Shown here piece after piece: positions 48,686 through 56,724 of a stretch of DNA of 64,000 bases. Source of the stretch: Desulfuromonadales bacterium (lineage in GTDB: Bacteria > Desulfobacterota > Desulfuromonadia > Desulfuromonadales > UBA2197). The stretch is from assembly GCA_034370465.1 (NCBI GenBank), contig JAXMLA010000317.1:270-64269 (forward strand). The letters are read 5' to 3'. A program made the position numbers and the translations under genes. Under the pieces are notes generated by a model. That model had not been told where the DNA came from. It searched no databases and worked only from the letters and a program-made list of their open reading frames with translations. Every line of letters begins with the position of its first letter. Positions within the stretch are counted from its first letter, which is position 1.

Positions 48686-50041
48686 ATGCGCCTCCCCCTG
48701 AAATTCAAGATTATCCTCGCCCCGGCCACGGTCCTGCTCCTGCTGACCCTGCTCCTCGCTTTTCTTCAGTACACATATTGGGACATGTCGAAGAAGAATC
48801 AAACCTCGAGTCACCTTCGCGCCGCCTTTATTGCCCTGGTAGAAGCGGATATGGCGACCAAGCGCCTTTATGCCCTCGGCAGTACCTCCCACCCCGAAAC
48901 GTCGGAGAGTGCCTTTGACGGCAAGATTCATGAAGAGTTGAGCCTCCTTTATGCGCGGCTGATCAGCTCGCTGCAAACGATCAAGGTCATGCTCCCCGCC
49001 GAAGAATCGTTGCTCGAAAATGGGGAAAAACTCAACCCGGAACGAAGCTTCTTTGGCGAAGATTATCGTAACGCCGTCATCGATCTGCGCAGCCGGCTCA
49101 ATGCCCTCAGTGAAGAGATTCAACGCGAACGCGAGCGCATTCAGAACAAAAATAATGATGATATCAGCGAAATTGTTTACCGCACCACCACCATCGGCAC
49201 AATTGTTCTGCTGGTGGCGATCCTCATCGGCGTCTTTATTGCTCTGACCTATGCGCGCCAGATCCTTTTCCGGATCAATCTGCTGAAAGAGAACGCCCGG
49301 CGCATAGCCGGCGGCGATCTCAACCCCCTCCCCTTTCCGGATAAAGCCCAGGATGAACTTGACGACCTGGCGATTTCGATCAACCGGATGACCGAACGGC
49401 TGATCCGCGTGGTCAGCACCGAAAAACTTTTGGAAGGGGCGGAGGAAGAGAGGCGCCGTATTGCCCGCGACCTGCACGATCAAACCCTCGCCGATCTATC
49501 CGCGGTGCAACGCGACCTGGAAGTGCTGCACTGCGGCAAATGTGCCGATGAGGCTCGGCGGGTCGGAGAAGATTTGCGGCGGGCGATGGCGAATCTGCGC
49601 GACGTCATGGAAGATCTCCATCCGCAGTCCCTCGATATCCTTGGCCTCGGGGCAGCCCTGGAATCGTTTCTCGATCGGACGATGTCGCGCGAAGGCTTGC
49701 CCGAATACCAGATCTACATTTCGCCGGCCAGTGAAGAACTCGTCCTTTCCCGGCATATTCAGCTCGCCATCTACCGTATTGCCCTGGAAGCGATTCACAA
49801 CGTCATCCGCCATGCGCACGCCAGTCGCTATGAAGTCGTCATCGAACGCCGCGGCGAGGATTTCGTCCTCTCGGTCGAGGACAATGGCAACGGCTTCAAT
49901 CTGGAGACCGCCCAGAACGGCGGACGCGGCCTGAACAACATGCGCGAGCGCGCCCGCACCATCAATGCCCGAATCAGCTGGAGTCCCTCCCGCTTCAGCA
50001 GCGGCACCCGTTTTGAACTTTCCTACAACACAACCTCCTGA
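48686..50041 (+). CDS. sensor histidine kinase, HisKA_3 (NarX/LiaS-type)
   Basis: Two TMs, HAMP, the H-box ERRRIARDLHDQTLADLS, and HATPase_c. Confidence 0.85.
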   Translation: MRLPLKFKIILAPATVLLLLTLLLAFLQYTYWDMSKKNQTSSHLRAAFIALVEADMATKRLYALGSTSHPETSESAFDGKIHEELSLLYARLISSLQTIKVMLPAEESLLENGEKLNPERSFFGEDYRNAVIDLRSRLNALSEEIQRERERIQNKNNDDISEIVYRTTTIGTIVLLVAILIGVFIALTYARQILFRINLLKENARRIAGGDLNPLPFPDKAQDELDDLAISINRMTERLIRVVSTEKLLEGAEEERRRIARDLHDQTLADLSAVQRDLEVLHCGKCADEARRVGEDLRRAMANLRDVMEDLHPQSLDILGLGAALESFLDRTMSREGLPEYQIYISPASEELVLSRHIQLAIYRIALEAIHNVIRHAHASRYEVVIERRGEDFVLSVEDNGNGFNLETAQNGGRGLNNMRERARTINARISWSPSRFSSGTRFELSYNTTS

Positions 50042-50046
50042 AGGCG

Positions 50047-50808
50047 GTGAATATGGAACAGACCATCGACATCCTGATCGCGGAAGACAACCCTAAAGAC
50101 TTCGAATTTCTCGAATCGATCTTCAAGTCCTATGCTGATCGCAATTGCCGTTTGCAGAGGGCACAGAACGGCCTGGTTGCCCTGGAGATGGCGCTGGAAC
50201 GGGAAATTCCCCTGGTGGTCAGCGACATCCAGATGCCCGAGCTCAACGGCATCGACTTTGCCAAGGCGCTGTGGAGCCGCAATCCCAAGGCGCGCATCGT
50301 CCTGTGGAGCCAGCACAAAGATGAAATGTACGTCCGCGCCCTGGCGCGCATCGTCCCGGCCGAGACTGTCTACGGCTATATCCTCAAATCGAATCCGCGC
50401 GAGCGGATCGCCGCCGCCATCGCCACCGTCCTCTTTGACGACCAGTGCTGGATCGATCCCGAAGTCCGCAAGGTGCAGGGCCGCACCGGCCACAGCCAGA
50501 CTGCCCTCTCCGATATCGAATACGAAGCTCTGGTCGACATCTCCCTCGGCCTCACCGACAACCTTATCGCCCAGCGCCGCTACCTGTCGCGGCGCGGCGT
50601 GCAGAGCCGCCTCAACTCCCTTTACGGCAAACTCGGTCTCGATCTCGATCAGTTCCAGAGCGACAAGGTCGGCGATGCCTTCAACCTGCGCAACCGTGCG
50701 GTCTCGGTCTCGATCCGCCGCGGCCTGATCAACGCCTTTGAACTGGAGAGTGAAGAGGTCGAACTGCAGAACTGGATCAAGCGTTACAAAGGGAGCCTGA
50801 AACAGTAA
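50047..50808 (+). CDS. NarL/LuxR-family response regulator
   Basis: REC (LVVSDIQMPELNG), and a GerE-type HTH (LSDIEYEALVDISLGLTDNLIAQRRYLSRRGVQSRLNSLYGKLG). Confidence 0.85.
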   Translation: MNMEQTIDILIAEDNPKDFEFLESIFKSYADRNCRLQRAQNGLVALEMALEREIPLVVSDIQMPELNGIDFAKALWSRNPKARIVLWSQHKDEMYVRALARIVPAETVYGYILKSNPRERIAAAIATVLFDDQCWIDPEVRKVQGRTGHSQTALSDIEYEALVDISLGLTDNLIAQRRYLSRRGVQSRLNSLYGKLGLDLDQFQSDKVGDAFNLRNRAVSVSIRRGLINAFELESEEVELQNWIKRYKGSLKQ

Positions 50809-50914
50809 AATGGCGTCCTCGGCTCTCCCTTCCTGCCTTTGCTTTTTATCGCCCGTTTATGCTAAAAATGACGCTTTGGCGCCGGAGCGGCGCGATCCAT
50901 CCTGAGGAGTCTCC

Positions 50915-52387
50915 ATGTCTCTGCGTCTTTATAATACCTTGAGTGGCGGTAAAGAAGAGTTTGTGCCGTTGCGACCGGGACACGTCGGCATGTACGTCTG
51001 CGGCGTCACCGTCTATGACTATTGCCATGTCGGGCATGCCCGCGCCAACATCGTCTTTGACATCATCTACCGCTATCTGCAGTTTGCCGGCTTTGAGGTT
51101 ATCTATGTCCGCAACTACACCGATGTCGACGACAAAATCATCAACCGCGCCAATGAACGCGGCATCGACAGCAACGCCCTTGCGGAAGAGTTTATCCGCG
51201 CTTTTGACGAGGATATGGCGGCTCTCGGCCTGAAGAAGCCGACGATCGAGCCAAAGGCGACGCTGCATATCGAACAGATCATCACCCTGGTACAACGCCT
51301 GATCGCCAACGACCGCGCCTATGCCAGCGGCGGCGACGTCTATTACGCGGTCGAGAGCTTTCCCGACTACCTCAAGCTCTCCAAGCGCAATATGGATGAG
51401 ATGCGCGCCGGCGCCCGCATTGCGCCGGGCGAGTTGAAACGCCATCCCATGGATTTCGCTCTGTGGAAAGCCGCCAAAGCCGGCGAACCGGCCTGGGAAT
51501 CCCCCTGGGGCCCGGGGCGCCCCGGTTGGCACATCGAATGTTCAGCGATGAGCATGCAGTATCTCGGCGAGACCTTCGACATTCACGGCGGCGGCAAGGA
51601 TCTCGTCTTCCCGCACCACGAGAATGAAATCGCCCAGAGCGAAGGGGCGACGGGAAAACCCTTTGTCAAGTACTGGCTGCACAACGGCTTTGTCAACGTC
51701 AACCACGAGAAGATGAGTAAATCCCTCGGCAACTTCTTCACCATCCGTGACATCCTCAAGACTTACGATGCCGAAGTGCTGCGTTTCTTCATCCTCACTG
51801 CCCACTACCGCTCCCCCATCGACTTTTCCGATCAGAACCTCGACGAAGCGCGACTGGGCTTGAGCCGCTTTTATCAAGCCCTGGCCGCTGCTGACGCCTT
51901 TTTAGAGCAAGGACAGCCACAGACCAATCAACCGGAGCAGGAAGAGATTGCCGAGCTGAATGAGCGGGCGAAGAACCTCGAAGCCCGCTTCAAAGAAGCG
52001 ATGGATGACGACTTCAACACCGCTTTGGTCATCGGTCACTTCTTCGATCTCGTTCGCGCCCTGAACCGGGTGACGGCGATCCCCGAACTCGCCAATGACA
52101 GCGCCGCCCTGGCCGCCGCTCAGTCCGCCCGCGACAAGATGGTCCAACTCGGCAACGTCCTCGGTCTCTTCAGCTCACCGCCGCAACTCTGGCTGGAGAA
52201 GCAGAAACATGCCGGCCTTGGCGAGACCGGACTGAGTGCCGAAAAGATTGAAGAATTGATCAGCGCCCGGCAAAGCGCTCGTGCCAACCGCGACTTTGCC
52301 CGCTCTGACCAGATTCGCGATGAACTCGCCGCCAAAGGGATTCTCCTTCTCGACAGCGCCCAGGGGACGACCTGGAAACGCAAATAA
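50915..52387 (+). CDS. cysS: cysteine--tRNA ligase
   Basis: [18 protein letters not shown] (HIGH) and KMSKS motifs. Confidence 0.97.
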   Translation: MSLRLYNTLSGGKEEFVPLRPGHVGMYVCGVTVYDYCHVGHARANIVFDIIYRYLQFAGFEVIYVRNYTDVDDKIINRANERGIDSNALAEEFIRAFDEDMAALGLKKPTIEPKATLHIEQIITLVQRLIANDRAYASGGDVYYAVESFPDYLKLSKRNMDEMRAGARIAPGELKRHPMDFALWKAAKAGEPAWESPWGPGRPGWHIECSAMSMQYLGETFDIHGGGKDLVFPHHENEIAQSEGATGKPFVKYWLHNGFVNVNHEKMSKSLGNFFTIRDILKTYDAEVLRFFILTAHYRSPIDFSDQNLDEARLGLSRFYQALAAADAFLEQGQPQTNQPEQEEIAELNERAKNLEARFKEAMDDDFNTALVIGHFFDLVRALNRVTAIPELANDSAALAAAQSARDKMVQLGNVLGLFSSPPQLWLEKQKHAGLGETGLSAEKIEELISARQSARANRDFARSDQIRDELAAKGILLLDSAQGTTWKRK

Positions 52388-52391
52388 ATTG

Positions 52392-52955
52392 ATGCCAATG
52401 CGCTACCTCTCTTCGCAGCGAGGGATGACCCTCTTCACCGTCCTCTTGGCCGTCGTGGTCATCGGTTTGATGCTCAGCCTGACCGGGCAGACCTGGTCAA
52501 AGGTGATGCAGCGCGAACGGGAAGCTGAACTCCTCTTTCGCGGCGATCAGTACCGCCGGGCGATCGAAAGTTATTATGCAACCGGCCATGGCGGGGTGGG
52601 AATCTACCCCCGCAGCGTGGAGGATCTGCTCAAGGATCCCCGCTCCCTGCAGACCAAGCGGCATCTGCGCAAAGCCTACCTCGATCCCTTTACCAATGAT
52701 GAGTTCGAGCTGATCGGAGCCGGTGGCGACGTCGGCGGCGAAACTGTAGCCGTCCAGAGCCTCGGCCGGATCAAAGGGGTGCGCAGCACCAGCACCCTCC
52801 CCCCCTTCCGCCAGGACGGTTTTCCGGAAGAATACGAAAACTTCAAAGGTGCTGCCAGCTACGACAAATGGGAATTCACCTACACCCCGAAGAGTACCCT
52901 CCCGTCGCAGACAGAGAAGCTTCTCTCCGTCCCCGACAAGCCTGTGAACCCATGA
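52392..52955 (+). CDS. prepilin-type N-terminal domain (pseudopilin-like) protein
   Basis: MPMRYLSSQRG/MTLFTVLLAVVVIGLML is a class III signal-like sequence, but with Thr at the +5 position normally occupied by Glu. The stop overlaps the mltA start. Confidence 0.7.
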   Translation: MPMRYLSSQRGMTLFTVLLAVVVIGLMLSLTGQTWSKVMQREREAELLFRGDQYRRAIESYYATGHGGVGIYPRSVEDLLKDPRSLQTKRHLRKAYLDPFTNDEFELIGAGGDVGGETVAVQSLGRIKGVRSTSTLPPFRQDGFPEEYENFKGAASYDKWEFTYTPKSTLPSQTEKLLSVPDKPVNP

Positions 52956-54184
52956 CCTCTTTTCTAAAACTTCTCGTGACCCTTTTCACTCTTTGCTGCC
53001 TCAGCGCCTGTACGCTCCCTGCACCGGTCCCGGAAGTTCCGCCACCGACACCGCCCCGAGAGGAGCCGGCAGTGCCCCTGGAGCCGGTAATTCCCCTGGA
53101 ACCGGCCCCGCCAGCACCGCCGATCCTCCCCCTCAACCCGGTCGAATGGGACACCGTCGAAGGCTGGCGCCTTGACGACCCCACCGCCGCGCTCGACGCC
53201 TTTCTCAAGGGGTGTGTCAGCATCAAAAAACGGCCGGACTGGAGCGCGGTCTGCGCTGACGCCGGCCAGGTCGCCGCCAACCGTGACGCCGTCCGGAGTT
53301 TTTTCGAGGAGCGTTTCATCCCGCATCAGGTGCGCAACCCCGACGGCAGCGACACCGGCCTGGTCACCGGCTATTACATCCCCAATATCAACGGCAGCCG
53401 GCAACGCAGCGACCGCTACCGCTACCCCCTCTACGCTGTCCCCGATGACCTGCTGATTGTCGATCTGCGCAGCGTCTATCCCGATCTCGCCAACTACCGT
53501 CTGCGCGGCCGCCTGGTCGGGCGCAGAGTCGTCCCCTACTACAGCCGCGCTGAACTCGATAGCAATCCAGCCCCCCTGGCCGGCAAAGAACTCTTCTGGA
53601 TCGACGACCCGGTCGAACTCTTCTTCATGCATATACAAGGCTCAGGCCGCGTCCTTCTCGACGACGGCAGCGCGGTCATGGTCCACTTTGCCGACCAGAA
53701 CGGCTACCCCTTCCGCTCCATCGGCAAACTCCTCATCGACCGGGGGGAGATGACCAAAAACCAGATGTCGATGCAGAACATCAAAGCCTGGGCGCAACAG
53801 CACCCTGACGAAACCGCGGCGCTGCTCAACGAAAACCCCAGCTACATCTTCTTCGAAACTCTCCCCGGCAGCCCGGATACCGCCCCCGGCGCCCTCGGCA
53901 TCCCCCTGGCGGCCGAACGCAGCATCGCCGTCGATCCCCGCACTATCCCTTTGGGCGCGCCGGTCTTCCTCTCGACGACCCGCCCCAGCAGCAAGGAGCC
54001 GCTACAGCGCCTCGTCCTCGCCCATGACACTGGCGGCGCCATCCGTGGTCCGGTGCGCGCCGATTTCTTCTGGGGACAAGGGGAGGCGGCCGGAGCCTTG
54101 GCAGGACGGATGAAACAACAGGGAAAAATGTGGGTGCTGCTGCCGCGACTAGAGCCGAAAGAGCTCGCCCCGGCCCCGCAGTAG
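52952..54184 (+). CDS. mltA: membrane-bound lytic murein transglycosylase A (lipoprotein)
   Basis: ATG 52952 gives MTSFLKLLVTLFTLCCLSAC (lipobox). A Pro-rich linker follows, then the MltA and 3D domain pattern (GYYIPNINGSR..., LAHDTGGAIRGPVRADFFWG). Confidence 0.9.
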   Translation: MTSFLKLLVTLFTLCCLSACTLPAPVPEVPPPTPPREEPAVPLEPVIPLEPAPPAPPILPLNPVEWDTVEGWRLDDPTAALDAFLKGCVSIKKRPDWSAVCADAGQVAANRDAVRSFFEERFIPHQVRNPDGSDTGLVTGYYIPNINGSRQRSDRYRYPLYAVPDDLLIVDLRSVYPDLANYRLRGRLVGRRVVPYYSRAELDSNPAPLAGKELFWIDDPVELFFMHIQGSGRVLLDDGSAVMVHFADQNGYPFRSIGKLLIDRGEMTKNQMSMQNIKAWAQQHPDETAALLNENPSYIFFETLPGSPDTAPGALGIPLAAERSIAVDPRTIPLGAPVFLSTTRPSSKEPLQRLVLAHDTGGAIRGPVRADFFWGQGEAAGALAGRMKQQGKMWVLLPRLEPKELAPAPQ

Positions 54185-54218
54185 ACGTTTAGCGTTTTTC
54201 ATCGGCAACAAAATCGGC

Positions 54219-54247
54219 TTGCATTTCCTCCCCGCCCATGCTAATAA
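54219..54247 (+). promoter_or_regulatory. putative sigma70 promoter of tRNA-Pro
   Basis: TTGCAT (54219-54224), 17-nt spacer, TAATAA (54242-54247). Confidence 0.4.
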
Positions 54248-54273
54248 AGCCGTCTGTTAAAAAGAAGTCACGT

Positions 54274-54350
54274 CGGGATGTAGCGCAGTCTGGTAGCGCA
54301 CTTGCTTCGGGAGCAAGGGGCCGGAGGTTCAAATCCTCTCATCCCGACCA
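54274..54350 (+). tRNA. tRNA-Pro (anticodon CGG)
   Basis: CGGGATG TA GCGC AGTCTGGTA GCGC A CTTGC TTCGGGA GCAAG ... TTCAAAT ... CATCCCG A CCA. Length is 77 nt. Confidence 0.95.
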
Positions 54351-54359
54351 GTAAATACG

Positions 54360-54398
54360 GTGGCTTACGGAATTATTCGTAAGCCACTTTTGTTTATT
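54360..54398 (+). terminator. intrinsic terminator after tRNA-Pro
   Basis: GTGGCTTACG (54360-54369) / CGTAAGCCAC (54378-54387), followed by TTTTGTTTATT. Confidence 0.65.
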
Positions 54399-54472
54399 CA
54401 AATTTTTGTTGCCGTTTTGTTGCCCTTTTCCACCTTGCTTGCGTACAATATTCCTGCTAATCGCTTCCTCCC

Positions 54473-54516
54473 CGACCGATCAACGACCGATCAACGACCG
54501 TTCAACGACCGTTCAA
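54473..54516. repeat. four contiguous 11-bp direct repeats CGACCG(A/T)TCAA
   Basis: Units lie at 54473, 54484, 54495 and 54506. Two have A and two have T at position 7. A degenerate partial copy (TTCAACG) follows. Confidence 0.9.
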
Positions 54517-54770
54517 AATTTCAACGCAGTTATAACAACCGGCAGCTCATCCAGCCTTGTCGTATAACGCGGCGTCCTCTTTTCCGCCTTCATCGCCCAG
54601 CGCTGATCCGTCCCTTCCGCCAGCAGTTTAATCGTCCCCCGCCCCATCAACAAAACGTCTTCATCCAGTTGATCAGTGTAGTAAGGGCGGACCAAGGCCG
54701 TCTGAATCGACCGACGGCGCTGGCTATTGTCGATGTCATGCCTTAAGTTACTCCTCCGGACCAAATCCAA
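54513..54770 (-). CDS. hypothetical 85-aa protein (uncertain gene)
   Basis: A track ORF whose start overlaps the ORF6N gene end by 23 nt and whose stop lies inside the 11-bp repeat array. No family recognised. Confidence 0.3.
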   Translation of the reverse strand: MDLVRRSNLRHDIDNSQRRRSIQTALVRPYYTDQLDEDVLLMGRGTIKLLAEGTDQRWAMKAEKRTPRYTTRLDELPVVITALKF

Positions 54771-55278
54771 TCTTCCGCTTTTTTGTCTCCGGCGGCGTCA
54801 TGAGTTGGCGAATGGCATCAAAAACCATGCTGAACCGGACATCGTATTTTTGCTCCAGCTCGTCCAGTCGCAAAGACAACTCCCTGTTGGAGGCGACCAA
54901 CTCCCGCAGTTTGACAAATGCTCGCATGATCTGAATGTTGACATCAATGGCCCGATCACTATTCAGAACACTGGAGAGCATGGCGACGCCTTGCTCGGTA
55001 AAGACCTGCGGTAAATATTTGCGGTGTTGCCCTCGCCCGCCTTTTAAGATCACAAAATGTGATCTTAAAGCCTGGCACTCGGTGTATTCTTCAGCCATAA
55101 GTTGAAACATGAAATCGTCGGGGAATCTTTTGCTGTTACGTTTGACTGCTTGATTGAGAACTCTGATTTCAACCCCGTAAAGCTCCGCCAAGTCTTCGTC
55201 GAGCATGACCTTTTGTCCCCGTACCAACAAAATCGAACGTTCGATCAGCTCCTGGGGGATGCCGACATCTGTTGACAT
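54748..55278 (-). CDS. ORF6N (KilA-N-related) domain DNA-binding protein
   Basis: [42 protein letters not shown]...[45 protein letters not shown]. Confidence 0.85.
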   Translation of the reverse strand: MSTDVGIPQELIERSILLVRGQKVMLDEDLAELYGVEIRVLNQAVKRNSKRFPDDFMFQLMAEEYTECQALRSHFVILKGGRGQHRKYLPQVFTEQGVAMLSSVLNSDRAIDVNIQIMRAFVKLRELVASNRELSLRLDELEQKYDVRFSMVFDAIRQLMTPPETKKRKIGFGPEE

Positions 55279-55337
55279 AATTGCCCTCCTTTATCACTGA
55301 CAGTTCAAAAAAATTCCGGGGCGGAACCTCCCCCACG

Positions 55338-55868
55338 CTACTCCAGACCATACTTCTTCAACCAATTGCTCAGCGTCTGATAGTTCGGCAGACCGAGAAT
55401 CTGTGCGGCTTTGCTCTTGTTTCCCCCCGCCTCACTCATCGCCCGCGCCAGATAATGTCGCGCAACATCTGCCATGACCTCCGGCAACTTGAAATCCTCC
55501 GTCAAGCCGCGATGGAGAATATGCTCCTCCGCCTGCAACTCCACGGAAAACAAGGCTTCACGAATATCGTCCGCCTGAATTGTGTCGCCGGCCGCCCAGA
55601 CCGAGGCGCGGCGCAGAGTATTGATCAGCTCGCGCACATTCCCCGGCCAGGGGTGCGCCAAGAGAAGATTCCTGGCGCCGCTGGAAATTTTCTTCTGCAA
55701 GCGCGCATCGTCTTGCAACACATGCTCGACCAGTAAGCCGATATCCCCCTGCCGTTCGCGTAGCGGCGGAATAAAGAGGACCGCGACCGCCAGACGGTAG
55801 AAGAGGTCGGCACGGAAGCGCCCGGCAGCAGGGTAACGATTGACACAAAACCGCATCCGGTTTATCAA
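55338..55868 (-). pseudogene. truncated sigma54-dependent activator (only AAA+ lid plus Fis HTH retained)
   Basis: It begins at FRADLFYRLAVAVLFIPPLRERQGDI...WPGNVRELIN...SKAAQILGLPNYQTLSNWLKKYGLE. Walker A/B, GAFTGA and any sensor or receiver domain are absent. An in-frame stop lies 2 codons upstream of the TTG at 55868. The upstream space is occupied by an opposite-strand gene starting at 55874. Confidence 0.6.
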
Positions 55869-55873
55869 GATTC

Positions 55874-56722
55874 ATGACCATCCCTCCCTCCTTACAATCA
55901 GCACTCTTCTATCTCGGCCAGGCCCTCGTGGTCAGCGCTGAGCAGTTGCTGCTCCTCTTCGGCCCTCTCCTGCTCATCGCTACGGCGATGCACTTTCTGG
56001 CGGTGACAATTCGCGCCCGCGCCGCCCGGCTCATGGGCGAAAAGGTTCACATCTGGCTGACCGCGCCGGGGACGGTGGTGCATGAACTCGGCCACGCTCT
56101 CTTCTGCGTCCTCTTCGGCCACACCATCCGCGACATCTCCCTCTTCCGCCCCCGCAAGGACGGCGTCCTCGGTTATGTCAAGCACAGCTGGAACAAGAAG
56201 AATCTTTACCAGAATATCGGCAACTTCTTTATCGGCACCGGTCCAATCTGGCTCGGTTCGGCGCTGATTGTCCTTATCTCTTTCGCCCTTTTCGGCGCTG
56301 AACTCTGGCGACCGCTGCGCGCCATGCAGATGGTGCCGACCGACTTTGTCACCTGGCGCGGCCAACTCCGTCTCGGCGGCGAGTTCTGGCAAGCCCTCCT
56401 CGCTCTTTTTCAGCAGATCCTCAATACCGGGCTTTACCACGACTGGCGCTTCTATCTCGGACTCTACCTCATCTTTTGCATCGGCAGCCATGTCACCCTC
56501 AGCCCCGCCGATCTGCAAGGCGCCGGCTCCGGATTTGTCACCCTAGCCCTCCTCGTCTTCATTTTCAACCTCGCCACCCTCTGGCTCGGCAACTTCGCCC
56601 TTGCCGCCTGTCTCAACATCGCTCAGCTCGGCGCGCTCCTCACCGTCCTCCTCCTCTTTGCCCTCACCCTCAATCTGGCGGTCGCCGGACTACTGATTTT
56701 GTTGACCAGCTTTTCACGCTGA
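55874..56722 (+). CDS. polytopic membrane protein with HEXXH motif (putative intramembrane zinc metalloprotease, M50-like)
   Basis: VVHELGHALFCVLFGH lies in a predicted TM region. A later GSHVTLSPADLQG resembles the S2P LDG-type motif. There are ~7 hydrophobic segments. Confidence 0.65.
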   Translation: MTIPPSLQSALFYLGQALVVSAEQLLLLFGPLLLIATAMHFLAVTIRARAARLMGEKVHIWLTAPGTVVHELGHALFCVLFGHTIRDISLFRPRKDGVLGYVKHSWNKKNLYQNIGNFFIGTGPIWLGSALIVLISFALFGAELWRPLRAMQMVPTDFVTWRGQLRLGGEFWQALLALFQQILNTGLYHDWRFYLGLYLIFCIGSHVTLSPADLQGAGSGFVTLALLVFIFNLATLWLGNFALAACLNIAQLGALLTVLLLFALTLNLAVAGLLILLTSFSR

Positions 56723-56724
56723 TT

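Noticed and set aside
54473-54516. Possible CRISPR array
   Set aside because: The repeats are only 11 bp and directly abut each other with no spacers. No cas genes are present. It is classed as a tandem direct repeat.
54360-54746. 128-aa plus-strand ORF after tRNA-Pro
   Set aside because: It starts inside the tRNA terminator hairpin and reads through the 11-bp repeat array. It is Arg/Pro/Gln-rich with no SD, so it is judged spurious.
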